NCBI GenBank assembly: GCA_051362555.1
Contig: CM120645.1
Span: forward strand, 21,266,001 to 21,330,000
DNA from: Lingula anatina
Taxonomy: Eukaryota; Animalia; Brachiopoda
DNA length: 64,000 nucleotides
Direction: 5' to 3'
Shown here piece after piece: positions 50,755 through 64,000 of this stretch. A model generated the notes under the pieces. The model searched no databases and had not been told where the DNA came from. It worked only from the letters and a program-made list of their open reading frames with translations. Position numbers and translations under genes: made by a program. The number at the start of each line of letters is the position of its first letter. Position 1 is the first letter of the stretch.

Positions 50755-53700
50755 TTCAAATATATTTAGGCAATATTTATAAGTATGGAGAAATTTGATA
50801 AAAAACTCAAATTCTGCTGAACTTCATACATGTAATTACCCTGTATATAAGAATCTAACATATTTGTTCACAAAGAGCAGAGCAAATTACCTTTTGATGT
50901 GCAGCTTTCCTGGTTGATTCGTCCATGAATTTGACACTGTCAATCCGCATCTTGAAGGCTCTCTTCATGTACTTTATCATATCAATGACCTGAAATAAAT
51001 ATTGTTCAAAGTTTTTACGCTGTTTACTTATTAATATGAATAATAAGTGAAGTTATGACGTCGAAAGTTGGTACCCAGTAAAATCGATTAAGTCTACCTT
51101 TAATTTAGTTCGCAGCATTTAACAATTCATTAGGAAACCACTATGGAAAACAAATACTGAAAGAAAGACAAAAATATTAATAAATTAAAAAAAAGGAGAA
51201 AAAAGAATGAAAATATATTCAGAAAAGTGGTAGATTTACAAGCGCTACATATTTAATTATCGAACCTCTTCTTTACTCTCTCTTGGAAAATGCTCCCTAA
51301 CAAACATGGCGGAGACAGCTTTCCACATTTGCTTGCCGACGACATCTTGGCATTGTTCCCATAGCTCCTTAGGTTTTTCCAGACCTACAAATATTAATCA
51401 CTAAATGTGGTGAAAAATAAAATCACTGCACATAAATTTTTCCTTATTCGTGAGTAAAATTAAAAAAGACTACCAGGGAAATCAATTAAACAAAATTCCT
51501 ATTTTAAAATAAAATTAAAGAACTTGCATACATATTTATATCAACATTGATTTACAATGTGTCAAATCCGCCATTTTCAATGCATTAATTATATTCTATT
51601 TTAAGGTATTGAGATATAAACCGAGTGTTAGAGATAAGCGGAAAGGAAGAGACCTGTTACGGCGACAGTGTATTCGTCAACTGCTGCCCGGAATTCTCTC
51701 GACAAGTAGCTGGCTGTCTTCCGAAGCAGCGTCCATACTACGTACTGGTTAAGGACACTGGAATGTATATTCTATTTATTAATCACGTAGAGTAATGGTT
51801 TATAACTTCATCATATGTAAGATCCTTTGGAGGGAATTAAAGACACTTAAAGGAAATGCGAAAACTCCAGGTTAAAAGCCACAGCAGAATATATTATAAT
51901 AATTGCATCTGTGTTTTTGTATTTATATTTTGTGCCAAATTACACTTTCCGTATAAAGGGAAAGCAGTTGTTGGGGCGGTAAATATGAATTACATAACGC
52001 TTGTCTGGGATAAACTAAGCTGTTGCTGAAATTGATCACCTTTTCTCAGTGTTATCTATCAACGCTGATACGTTCTTCATGTAATCCTTATTAAAAACAA
52101 GGAGCGTGGTTGTGTTGGACAGGTCATCTTTCCAAATGGAGAGTAGCAGGGTCCAGTTGATCTGGATGATAAAGAGAAACCTTATATTGGACAATAAATA
52201 AATAAATAAATAAATAAAATAAAAAAATAAAATAAAAAAAAAGAAAAAAAAGAAAAAGACAAAGACGAAATTTACCTTATTGAAAATTTTCAGTCACCTT
52301 CATCATTAATCATTTTGAAAGCATCCAAAATGCAATTCCTATACCGTAATAAATAAATGAATAAATAAATACATAATTTAATGATCTGCTATGAACCTCC
52401 ATATGTTATTCAATGACTTTGGTGTACCCCGAATTTTAGATGGGAGATGGACCAAATTCTTCATTCTAACATTTCCACAATTGGATCGTATTCACATTGG
52501 ATCGGAAACATGCCTTTGTGTTTAAACAAATAGAAGCCATGTTTAAACATTAAAACCTCACAGGGGTACACCAAAGTCGAAGAACTGAAAGCAAACTAGG
52601 GCAGGAAAACTTACTTTGCAATAGCGTGATGTAGCCCGGTGTGACAGGAATGGTAGTAATAGGAATGGTAGTCCAGGGTCCCATATGGCTAGTACAGGTA
52701 AGGGTTAGTCGGAGTATTGAGGTTGGTATATGGGACAAATTACCACTGTAATGGGGAACGGACTACGGTTTCTGACGCACAACCATTCCTGTTACAATGT
52801 CAAATAATTAAAAGGTGATTCCTGAATGTTCATCTTACCGACGGTGTCAGTTCTATCAACTCTTCTACAGTGACTTTATTATAGGTAAGCACAGGGTTTC
52901 TTACTTCTTTAGCACCGCTGTCAAAAGTGATCTGTAAATATAGACGCATTACATAAACATGATATCATAACAAGAATTTCGTATCAATTAATACAAAATC
53001 AATGATTTTTTGCCCTATGCGGCATGATTACCAGTATGTCAGTTGACACAAATATGCTATAAATTTCTTTGTAAAATACTGAAACAATTATCAGTTGGTT
53101 CTACGGTTTCGTTACAATGCAAAGTAGGTTAATTAACGAAAAAAGGTCATCAAAGCATTTGATGTAAACTATAGCCGTTTGAAATTCTGGTGTGATCTTT
53201 CATTTAGAAATTTAAAGGCCAAATTTTAGAGATTACTTTCGAACATTTGGCAAGTAAAGCAGATGCATAGAAAAATTTTTTTACAAGTACCCACCTCCGC
53301 CAACCTCTTCTCAAACCCAAACACCTCCTCTGTGAACACGGATGCATTTCCCCGTGATACGCCCATTGAGATGGCAGTCGTCTGAAGAAACTGCTTATAC
53401 GCCCTGATGTATTTACTTTCGGTTTCGTTTTCAAAATAAAATTTCCGATTCGGAAGACCTAATCCCCCTTGGCGTATCTTAAAAAATAAATATTATTTTG
53501 TGTAATTATGTATGAAATTCGAGACTACAATCAACGTTTAAACAACACCATAGAAATAAACTTGATCCTATCAAAACTTTGCACATTATTGAGGGGCCTA
53601 CTAGGTTCCTTTACATATGACGTATTGTTAAATGTACATGTAGCGTGTGAATGCTCAAATTAGTATACTTTAAAATTCGTAACAGTACCAAAACCATGCA

Positions 53701-55557
53701 GTTTCCTTAATTACGCAATGTTGCGGGCTTCTAGAATATCTTACTTTCAGAATGTTCACGTTTGGCTCTTGGTCGTCGGCACGGACTTCCACCTCGAAGA
53801 GTTGGTTCGTCAGACCGGTGAAGCGTGTTTGTACCTGGACCATAGCCTCGGTGGTGTCCCAGCTTGGCTCATGCCACGACCCTTTAGATAATAATGAATA
53901 CTCAAATTCAAAATCTGCTCATTCAGCAATACCACGGTTTTACAAAATGCTACTTTGCCCCATCACTTGTATAACAAAACAAATAATAATGTATGAATAA
54001 GATACCATTTTGTTTTTCAAGTCTACTTTGACAAAAAAGTACCCCAAATAAAAGAAAAGGGACAAGTACTTTGGACGCGAAAATAAGACCAATTTCCGAC
54101 ATAAATTTATTTTGCGCAACTGAGCCCTGTGAGTCCTACATCAAGCTTAAAGCAAGGTGTAAATGACACAATGAGATAATTCACAAATATCCATGAGCAA
54201 TCCATAAATTTGTTGTCAGTAGTTCATTTTAACAACAAATAATTACTCAAACACTTAGGCTCTATTCCCATAGATTTTAGATCGATCTATCCCCGCGGGG
54301 AGTCTCACTAAATTACTTTCAGATAATCCCACTTAAATGTCCGTCCCGCCTACTACAAGCTGTAAGGGGGTAATTAACTTTCGTGTCCGCTCGGCTGACA
54401 GCTATTTAGCGTGAACCCCCAGGGAGTTAGGTCGATCTAAAGTAGGTCGATCTAATCTATGGAAATGGGGTGTTACACTCCATTTCACGATCCACGTATT
54501 GCTTGGCGAGTATGTTATTATACGCATAAGACAACCCACTGTAATATATGGTTGTTCTAACAGCTAATTACCCTTTCCACTTTTATGAAACCAGAAGCCA
54601 CTGCATGTATGTATTAAGTAATGTAATATGTATACCTTCGCCCAGGGCATTCCAACCCCCAATTTCCTGAATTATGTCCAACATAGGTTGAGGTCCTAGC
54701 TTATCTCTGCCCGCAGTGTCAGTGCAGCTGAGGTAGAAGTCCTTCAATTTTCGCTCAAAAGAAGGCGGCTGGTTTCGTTTTATCGGTTCCTCGAGGAGTA
54801 ACTTAAGTTTATCTTTTATTTCTTTCAGCATTTTACTCATGTGAAACCATCTGATATAAATATAAACATAAACAGGGAATTAAACAAACGACATAAGGTA
54901 ATTTTCATTTGATGAATACAATTAAAAGACGAATATATAGATAATGCAAAAAAAAAAAAAAAAAAGGAAAATGAATCGAGAAAGATATAAGATTATATAA
55001 AAGAAAATGTTCAAAAAACAAGAAAGAGATAGATGGATTAAATGGCACTAGATTTCAAAAACTGCAAACATCAATCTGGAAGCATCTCTTATAAGGCAGG
55101 CGACAAGTTCGAAAATGCGAAGCAGTGCGGTGTCCTTATGATTAATATGTGCTTTTCGTGAAATATGCCATTATAGGTACCGTACATGCAATGCCAGCAA
55201 AAAGCTTACAATTATTTATTATGCACATGCCTAAAAACACAAAGGACAGTCCTAGGATTAAACAAGCCTTTGCTTAAAAAGGTAACTATAAATTAAAGAC
55301 CAAAATATTTATGTCACAAACACCTATGTAAAACAAGAACGAATTGAGATTTTTGTTTTCATTGCCTGTTTCTTTACGTCTGCTTCGCGCCAGTGTCTGC
55401 AAAGAAAACTGTATCATTCAGGAAAGGAAAACGCTTTCATCATTAGCCAGTCAGAGGGCCGGTTAAATGTTAGGTTTAAATAAACTCAATTATCATTTTC
55501 AAAGCTAATGCAAAATTCTGGCTAACGTTTTTTTAAAATTTATTATTATCATAATTA

Positions 55558-55597
<40 letters not shown>

Positions 55598-55640
55598 CAA
55601 AATTCTGGCTTATGTTTTTATTTAATTTATCATTATTATT

Positions 55641-55677
<37 letters not shown>

Positions 55678-56071
55678 TTTAAGCTATAACGTACCTCGAT
55701 TGTGTAGGAGGGCGAGGATTTCTTTCCATCCACCCCTCACAGGCAAAGCGGTATATGTCCTCACATGGATCAACAGAGGTGTTCATGGAAGATAAGACGG
55801 CAGAGGCTGCCTCAAGACAGCTGAGGTCTGTACACGTGGTATCGTTAACCGCAGCTTTTGATCCTGCTTTTGGTAGGATCTCAACTACGCCCAAAATTGA
55901 GAGCACAAATACGGCTACAATGCCTATGATGATGAGTACACTTAGTATCAGAAGAGTTAAGAGACATTTCTCTTTTCCAGTCCACCCTTGGTTCTTTTTC
56001 TCGGTCTTCGACAGCTTAGTTTTGCTTGAAAAGTCCATGTCCATTTCAATGTCGGGTGAAGTGTCCGCCAT
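45311..56071 (-). CDS. M13 family zinc metallopeptidase (neprilysin/endothelin-converting-enzyme-like), copy B; 19 coding exons, 759 aa, type II membrane protein
   Basis: Exons: 56071-55695, 54850-54636, 53881-53745, 53477-53295, 52931-52839, 52161-52040, 51757-51654, 51384-51266, 50989-50891, 50189-50109, 49721-49615, 49381-49323, 48877-48826, 48592-48525, 48180-48056, 47742-47677 (GC donor), 46912-46817, 46409-46333, 45410-45311. All phases are compatible (2280 nt). N-terminal TM segment followed by [14 protein letters not shown]; motifs [23 protein letters not shown] (HExxH), [12 protein letters not shown] and C-terminal [16 protein letters not shown]. Confidence 0.95.
45538..45706. mobile_element. 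MITE with CAGGGGCGGAT TIRs
   Basis: Reverse complement of 28581-28748; flanks GCTGT / GCTAT. Confidence 0.85.
46161..46327. mobile_element. MITE with CAGGCCCGTAG TIRs and 5-bp TSD
   Basis: TSD CTTAC, which is the GTAAG splice donor on the minus strand. Confidence 0.9.
47160..47340. repeat. 181-bp inverted duplicate of 46566-46746, flanked by an 18-bp direct repeat
   Basis: About 2 mismatches; CAAACATATATTAACTTA at 47142-47159 and 47341-47358. Confidence 0.92.
52638..52796. mobile_element. MITE family with GTGACAGGAATGG ends (other copies about 31569-31736, 47376-47542, partial 29515-29645)
   Basis: Four related copies with inverted terminal motif, in non-homologous introns of the two paralogs. 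Confidence 0.75.
54258..54472. mobile_element. PIF/Harbinger-like MITE in intron 2 of neprilysin B
   Basis: TTA TSD; the paralogous intron of copy A (about 41905-41945) shows the empty site. Confidence 0.85.
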
Positions 56072-57000
56072 CTTGATCCAGGTATGTAGCAGAACGGCGG
56101 TTTAAATCGCCTTCAAACTGTATGGTTCTATATATAACATGAACATATCCCCTGTAGCAGTATTGCGTGACTCCCTTAATCACTGTGCGACAACAATCTG
56201 GTGACAATTTTCAGTGGGGGCTACTATACTGCAAAGAATGCTTTTTATGTCAGATAATTGCGTGCATTTAGCGTGTAGAGAGCAAGGCGAAATTTTTCCC
56301 TTGGGCTGGTCACTTGAGCCAAAATTATAGTGGCATTTTGACAGCATGGGTTACTGCCACTTATCCGATACTCACTCCTTCCACCAAGTTCACCGGTGCC
56401 CTTAATATATCCCCCCTTAAATTAGCCGCGAAAGGCACCTAATGAGATATAATAGATATAATATAACTAAAATTCATTCTCTGATTTTCCCCTAATCACC
56501 AAGATATACGATATCCAAAATCGAAGACAATTTCCAAACAATTAACCCCTTTTCAAGTTTTTTTATTTGATTTTTTAGCAACTCCCTTACTGGACATGGC
56601 AACCGTTGACTTTTATTTATTAATTTTTATTTGGCATGTCTCGCTGATAAAAAGAAAACTGCTGACATTTCCAGCTTTCGAAATGTTAAACGTGCATTGT
56701 ACACCTGAAACATTTCGAAAACGTTTACAATTCGTTTACAATACCATCATTTATGGTGACATTTTTCACACCTCGTCGGAGCCAGACAACAGGCGTGATG
56801 TGCTAGAATTTGGGACTCTGCCATTGGGAAGGCAAACCAGGTTCTGTTGTCTTACCCTTAAAATACACAATAAAAAAGAACGAACACGTTGCTTCATTGC
56901 TACAGTGACCTTCTCTTTTATTTTCAGCGTTGTTTGAAACTAATCATGCTATGATATCACTTATACACCATGGAAGAAAACTCATTGGATGAAATAACTA

Positions 57001-58386
57001 CACACACTGGACAAAAGAAGTGTCACCCCCTACCTCAGAGTAATAAAAGTAGGCAGATGTTGGGTAATTATTATGCCTGGTCTACTTATAATGTGACTAA
57101 TGAGTATAAAACCGCAGTACCATGGGATTGTATTGTTGGTCTTGTACATGTACAGCAAATGTTATTCCTGTCTTCCTCCAATATGGCAAGATATAGGCAA
57201 TTATCTAACGGTTATAGGTGCAAGTTATTAACCAGAAGAGGCGGAATATAAGCAATGTCAGCATATCGATACAATTGAATTGTTTAGTCAGAACCGTGCA
57301 AAGGGTCTGGTCTCGGTATAGAAACACTGGATCAAAAGACAAATTGCCTCTGATGGGTCGTCCAAGAAAAACTACTGGCCGTGAAGACCGACGACTGATT
57401 TTGATGTCCAGGTTGTCAAAGTTCGACACTGCTTGTCAGTTGACAACACAGTGGAAAAATTTCACACAGATAAATGTGTCTGTGAAAATTGCTAGGCGTC
57501 GGTTACATGCTCATAGAGTGTACAGCAGGGTAGAAAGACTGAAACCTCTTATATCGTTACAAAACAGGCAACGTAGAGTGAACTAGGGTCAACAGGATCT
57601 GGAACTGGACAGTCCATGACAATTGGTCCTATATTTTTTTTCTGATGAGTGTCGCTTTGGTCTGACCTCTGATGACAGACGGGTACGATGCTGGCGAACT
57701 GCTGGTAAAGCATTTGAACCACATGCACTGAATTTTCGAACCCGGAGCAGCATATTCATCATGGTGTGGGGCTGCATCAGCATCCATGGCGTGAGCGAAT
57801 TGATTGTGGTTGATGAAAACATGAATCACTAGAAATATATCGATGTTTTGGAGTCAGGCTTGCTACCATCTATTACTAACATGTTTGGTGACAGGAATTA
57901 TCCATTTGTTCACCAGGATGACAATGTTCCTTGTCACAGGACCAGAGCAGTTGATGATTAGTTTGACCAACAGGACATTCGCAGGGTGATGTGGCCTGCC
58001 CAGGGTCTGGATGCAAACATAATAGAAAATGTGTGGAATGATATGTCAAAACTTTGGACAAATGCCCGTCTAACCAGCAGAGAAACTCTGTAATATTCAG
58101 TGTTTCATGCTTGGGCCAGCATAAGCCCTGAACGTATCAGACAATTATATGAATCCTTGTTTCGTAGACTGGCACCTATTATTAGGTCACGTGGCTATGC
58201 CACTAAGTACTAATTTTGGACTTGAAACTGCATATTTTGGTAGAATGTATATTTTGTTCTCATTTTGTGATTTTTTGTGAAATTTGATGTTAATAAAATG
58301 ATAACAGGAGCATATCATTCCACAGTCATTTATCTCCCCCATAGTATTGGCTCAGTAGGGGTGACACTTCTTTTGTCCAGTGTGTG
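57001..58386 (+). mobile_element. Full-length but inactivated Tc1-like transposon (DD34E-type transposase pseudogene about 57183-58213)
   Basis: TIRs CACACACTGGACAAAAGAAGTGTCACCCC; TA TSD; GRPRKTT, FSDECRF, MVWGCI, HQDDNVPCH and WPAQGLDANIIENVW motifs with internal stops and frameshifts. Confidence 0.95.
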
Positions 58387-58459
58387 TATAAACAGAACCA
58401 AGATGAATTTAGATATACACATAGTGACCCCATGTAATTATACATTCGAGTTTCAAATA

Positions 58460-59449
58460 AGCCTCTCTTACAACCCGTCGTGCGTGCTTAGAGATCGTGC
58501 GTCCTCGGAGTTCTCGTCAGACGTAGCGTTGTCGCAGGATGAAAATTAAATCGCAGCGGACGAAGTAGTAAGTACTTTATGAGTAGGTGTGTCGTGCTCT
58601 AAACGTGGGGCCCGCAAGTGGTCTGTACGCCTTTTTTTGGAAGTAGGAAGAAGTAAGGAGCACGTACGATCTGTACTCGTGTCGCACACAGTGAGTGAGA
58701 TAATCATACGTGTATTGCAAGTGAAGCGTACGTTTTCAGAAACCGTACTTACGAAGTAAGAGAAACGTAAGAGAAACGTAATAAGCACGGAAGTGGAACG
58801 CACGGATAATCAAAATAATATAAAAGGGAGCACCGAGTCTCTTCATCATTCACTGTTTTGGCTTCCAAAAAGGCACTTCCAAGAAAGGTGCGCCATCGAC
58901 TTCTACAGCTGCTAATGCTAGAGGCCGAAGATCGTGACGCAATGCTGGCAGTGGTTGCTCGGGATCGCCTGCACTTTTATCGTGCTGGGCACGTGCGTCG
59001 TCTTAGTGTGACGCACTTCACAGGTATGGTAGTAGTACTCGCCACGCACTTTGGAAGTAAGATAAACGCACGGAGGAAGTGCGCTCACCCCCCTTTTTGT
59101 TAACACGTACATTGAAAGCAAGTTAAACTTACGAGTCTCTTGCGTGGTAAGTACGTCTTCGTGGTAAAATACCCCGTAATTTCTGCATGCTTTTCCTGCG
59201 TTACACGCACGCCTAGCGCACTTACTCAGTACTTTTGTCTTGCGTGCTACGAGCGTGCTCCAGGCGTTCTAATTATCGCAGACAGGTCGTAGCGAAAAAC
59301 TGGCCGGTCAGTTTTCGGGCTGCGTGCTTTGCGTCGTGTTTGCGTCCACCAAAAATAGTACGCTCCACGTGCGTGTATCTTACTACTTGTCCAATTTTTT
59401 GCACGCAAACCGCTCGTAGAAGCACGCACGACCGGTTGTAAGAGTAGCT
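58460..59449. mobile_element. About 1-kb TIR element (Harbinger-like deletion derivative)
   Basis: AGCCTCTCTTACAACCCGTCGTGCGTGCT / AGCACGCACGACCGGTTGTAAGAGTAGCT inverted ends; CpG-rich interior. Confidence 0.7.
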
Positions 59450-59603
59450 ATAATGAGAAACGTCAAATGTTGTGTGCAAAGTATAGCTAAAGTTACGAAC
59501 GTAGCCAGTTCGTAACTTCCTCTCTCTCTTTCTCTCTCTCTGTCTCTCTGTTACACACAAACACAAAAACACGCACGTGCACGCACGCATATATCCTTTA
59601 TCT

Positions 59604-59824
59604 AGCCTAGGTCCCAACCGAACGTACGGGCTGCTACGTGTGGTCTACGGCCAAAAAAATGGGCAAAACGTGGGAGTTCGTGCGTGAGGAGCACGTCCAT
59701 CGCAAACAGAACGTAGAAACTTTTCGACATGATCAACAGCCGCTACGTGCGATCTAGCTACGTCCTAGCAGGACGCAAGGAACCTTAAAACCGTGCGTCC
59801 AAAATGTAGTTGGGACCAAGGCTT
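59604..59824. mobile_element. MITE
   Basis: AGCCTAGGTCCCAAC / GTTGGGACCAAGGCT inverted ends. Confidence 0.65.
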
Positions 59825-59849
59825 CTCACACATACAAACACACACATAC

Positions 59850-59883
<34 letters not shown>

Positions 59884-60564
59884 CGAGCAAGCTCTAAGTT
59901 TCATAACCGGCTGTGTTCTCCCTCCACGTGGTTATGAGCTCTGCCCTATGTTGAATTTGTCTTCAGTTATCAAAAAGGAGTCCATTCCTTGTAGGAAATG
60001 ATTTCTCAACCCCGTTACTTTTTTGTATTTGTTAGATTCATTTAGAATTTCTTGTGCCGAATTGTAAACGTTTATTTTCTTTTACATATTAAAATGTATG
60101 ATACATAAGTCTCTTTAGAATACTTTTACTCAGAAATTATTTGGTTTTGTTGTAAATTGATCTTAATTCAAAGTAGCCACTAGTCATATTTTACTGAATG
60201 TAAACAATCTTCCTATTATTGTTTTTTTTCTGATATTACCGGGGCTCCTTTCACGGAGTTGCAGTTGCAGCTTACATGACATTTCATATTAAAACATAAA
60301 CATCATTTTGAATTTAGTTATAAAAAAAGACCTTAAAAGCTTTACAATGTTGTTTTTCTTGACACATTAATAGAAGTAGGCCTATAAAAACTTTATCAAA
60401 AGTTAGAGAAAATAATAGACGTCATACTTTCATAATGTTGGCCATCATCTTTTCCACTTAACTTGCGTCCATGCAAAACTCGAGTCCATGTAAATAGGCT
60501 AAGACTCCTTTATCAATTTTGCCGCTGCAACTGATTGAAACAAATGTCAAATAGCTTTTATCAA

Positions 60565-60949
60565 TCAACCGCTGAACAAGTGAAACGGGTTGTGAGGTTC
60601 TATAACATCGGGGACATCAGGAACGGATCCCACGGAGTCCGCGGCAGATGTCGCGAGATTTCCACGAACGCGAGGTTTACCGGGGTGGTCGTGGACCGAA
60701 GGTGCGTTCGGAACAGAGTCTGGTGTTCCTCTGAGGGCATTTACGGTTTCCCTCTCAGGCTGGCCACGTGCAGGTTCGTTCGAGTTTTCTGATTGATCCT
60801 CTTCTCCTGAAGTAAAGAAAATACGAGTTCAATATTACTGTAGACCTGGAATGTTTGTTAAGGTTTGTATATGATGACGAGAAATTAATGCCTTATGTGT
60901 GTAGATTGGAAATTAAATTACTACGTAGGACTATGTTAGCGACCAAAAA

Positions 60950-60984
<35 letters not shown>

Positions 60985-62220
60985 AAATTAAAGACACTGA
61001 AAGAAAGAGAAAAAAGAAAGAGGACGGACACATGATATTATTTACATTTAATCATCTTCTCGTTAATTCTCGTGGGGTTTCACCGTGCATTATAAACGCA
61101 TAATGTACCTACCATTAAGCGTCTCATCCACAGTTGAGGGGATTCCACCATTGGTCTTCACATTAAGGGGCGCAGGTGCTGTATTTGTCGATTGCATCCT
61201 GACTAAAATGATTATGAATGAGAACATTTACACTGTGACAGGTGCGATAAGAGCAAATCGGTCATTGCGCTTGATTATCAGACAAATTACTTGTCGAAGC
61301 AATAAGATAAGATAAGATAATAAGATAAGATAAGATAAGAGTTTATTTAGCCAATTATAAAAATCGGAAATCATTTTCCTTTTGGAGCAATATACAGAGT
61401 AAAATAATAAAATAATACAATAAATAAATAAATTAAGAATTTAGTTTTGAGATCAAATTAAAATTAAAATTAATAACACCCACGGAATATTATTTCAGAC
61501 AGTTAAGGCTGTATTTGCAAAACATTTGATAAGGCTTAATATAAATTCCAAATCGACTTAAATATCATGTAAAATCTACTTTTATTTTTTGTAGTTCTTT
61601 ACTTACCGTATAATCGCAAAACCGTCTGCCCACTGCCATAGTGGCACTTCGAAGAAAACGAAAAAAGTTAATCAGTTGAAGATAAATTCACTCATTTCAG
61701 TGTACAATCAGTTTAACCATAAAAAGGATGGCTGACGGGATTTAAGTACCAAAAAGTCTCAAAATTTCTGGTCCGCAACAATCATAAATGCCCCGAGTTC
61801 TAATGCCAAATTGGCCCATTATACATGTACAAACGATTAGAAGGCCACTTTAAATATCTTAGCTTTGCTAGGACCCAGGCACCAGTTTGTTCATATTTTC
61901 CTTGTACTTAAACTTTTCCTTGTACTGTCATTCCCCACATTGAATCCTGTACGGACAAATTCTGTATGTTGAAATAAGAAAAATATATAGAATGAAACGC
62001 TTTTTTCGTAGAAACCTGTGCGCTTCACAGTAAAGGGGAAAAACTAAAAAGTATGAGTTTCAAGTTGAATTTCGAAATAAAATATGCATCGTTCTTTTTC
62101 CCTTGAAACATCTGCAGCTTTCCCATTAATTATATCGAAAAGCGAGACACAGATATAAAACGATGATCACAAATTTCTTACCAGAATTATCAATGTTAGA
62201 ACCACAAATGAAATCCTCAT
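60565..62220 (-). CDS. Small secreted protein of unknown function, 4 exons, 136 aa
   Basis: Exons 62220-62182, 61646-61607, 61202-61113 and 60806-60565 have GT/AG sites and consistent phases 0/1/1. They give MRISFVVLTLIILCHYGSGQTVLRLYVRMQSTNTAPAPLNVK...EEDQSENSNEPARGQ...PHNPFHLFSG-stop, with a clear signal-peptide-like N-terminus. Confidence 0.7.
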
Positions 62221-64000
62221 TGCTTATTCCCGCTGTAGATGACGAAAATCGTTCCGTCATCAGCCACCTCGGTCTTAAACCACATAGTACCAGTTAACAT
62301 ACATCTATTTAATTTCATCTTCGTTTTATGGGCCAAGCGACCTAGAACTGGTACCAGTCATGGGCGTGACCGGTCAACAAAGTCTGCTAAAATTTACCAA
62401 TAATGTTACAGACTAGCGAAAAATACTAAGAAGCATTGTTTGAATGCGAACTGATAAGTGAGGAGATTTGTGGACTGGATTGTGAGATTGGCCGTTAAAT
62501 TGCCAACACAAGAGACTCCTAAAAGATCGGCAGGATTGGACAGGCAAAAAGATCATTACACTTTTTCTACCTACACACTAACACGTTCCTTCATACTCTA
62601 TCTGATGGCGTCGTCCCCACAATCGTTGACGCCAAGGTTTTTCAAAGTTCAACGAAGGGCGTTAGCAAGCGTCCGTGTCACGCACAGATAAACTTACAAG
62701 TAAACCACTGCATATTGTTAAAAGGTTTAATCTGCTATTGTTTACATTAGCTACGAACACAATTGCCATTTAGACAGATATTTAAAACTGTCATCTTATT
62801 TGACATTGCCATGCACATGGACTATGTAAGTGGGTTGAACCTTTGCAGAAGGAAAGGAAAAGTCTTTTTTCTATTGCCGTTTTGATATCCTAGTGCTTCT
62901 TACAACTGTTCATGTGAGTAAATTTAAGTTTAAATACTCCCAGTGGAAGAAATAAAGTACAACGTATAATGCACAACTGCATACTTCACAATACATAAAT
63001 AATTGTATTAATAATTATATTAATAATTACAAAACTTGATTAAAAGTTTTAATAAATTATTCAGGGAAATAAACTAAAAGGTGGTTCAAATCAAAAACAT
63101 TCATATACCATGAAACGCTATACTAAATCACTATTCTGACAGAATTATAAATGTCACAATTATATGTATACATCCACAAAATAAGTGCCTTTCAACACAA
63201 TATACGTACAATAAAGATAATTATAATATTAGATATTAAGGCGGTATTAGTGATAACGAGTGGAAGAAATTTATACAATTATGTCACCTAAAGTTATCTA
63301 CAGCGAATAAACATAGTGAAATTTCATCGGCGCGCAAAATGCTTGTAATGCTGTCTATGCTGTAGGCAAGATATCATCTCATTTTGTAATAAAGCCTTTA
63401 AAGAAAGTATTCGTCTGATTTGTGACGGTTATAAGATATTAAATCGAAGCAATTATTTTTCCATAAACATAGTGGAATCTTATAGGCCAAATGCTTGTTA
63501 TATCGTTTCTTATACGTCCTTAGAAACCTATCCGCCGGCAGGGGTCCCTGCAGTTGGAAAAAAATTAAATTATATTCCCTAACAAACTACATAGACCCCT
63601 GCCGGAGGGTATTAAAAACTCTGAATCCGTCAGTGTGCAATGTGACTGTTTGGTGCACTGTATCAAGATCAAATATAGGTGATGTAAAGACTAATAGTCA
63701 AATCAGCATGTAAAAGAAGTTTTTACTCCTTTCGAGAAAGGGTCCTTCTCAAGGGTTTGTATACTATTTCATTCGGCTTTTAATAAATGAAAAAGAGTCA
63801 AAATGATCCTAACATACCGCAGTGTTCTTATTACCTAAATTTTACGCCATTATCCTTATCAGAAACATTTTCAATTTTAGGCACTGAAAATTGTCTTAGA
63901 AGATCTGTTGTTTTTCGTGATATATGCTCAAGTATAAGTTAGCTTTTCAACCAGCTGACGCCCTATTTTTCCTCTGCTGATCCAGATGGCAAAGCTATGA

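Overview
AT-rich, intron- and transposon-rich animal genomic DNA; the repeat and gene families suggest a marine invertebrate, but the species cannot be read from the sequence. Manual splicing recovers four genes. (1, 2) Two tandem minus-strand M13 zinc metallopeptidase (neprilysin/ECE-like) paralogs have identical 19-exon structures and encode 759 aa each: copy B at 56071-45311 and copy A at 43721-9628. The last exon of copy A lies 19.4 kb beyond exon 18. (3) Inside that expanded last intron, on the opposite strand, sits a complete 3-exon gene (about 14275-18138) for a secreted or GPI-type protein with a 16 x 15-aa Thr/Glu-rich repeat stalk, a somatomedin-B-like Cys motif and a Cys-rich ectodomain. 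(4) A small 4-exon secreted orphan gene at 62220-60565 (minus) is not visible in the ORF track. Just upstream of the nested gene, a TIR element contains a copy of that gene's coding minisatellite (Pack-TIR-like) and a hammerhead-like insert. Other repeats include two Academ-like elements, two Tc1 relics, a LINE RT fragment, many MITEs and nested tandem repeats. Three different TEs inserted within the first 6 nt of neprilysin introns. All gene models are manual and lack expression evidence.
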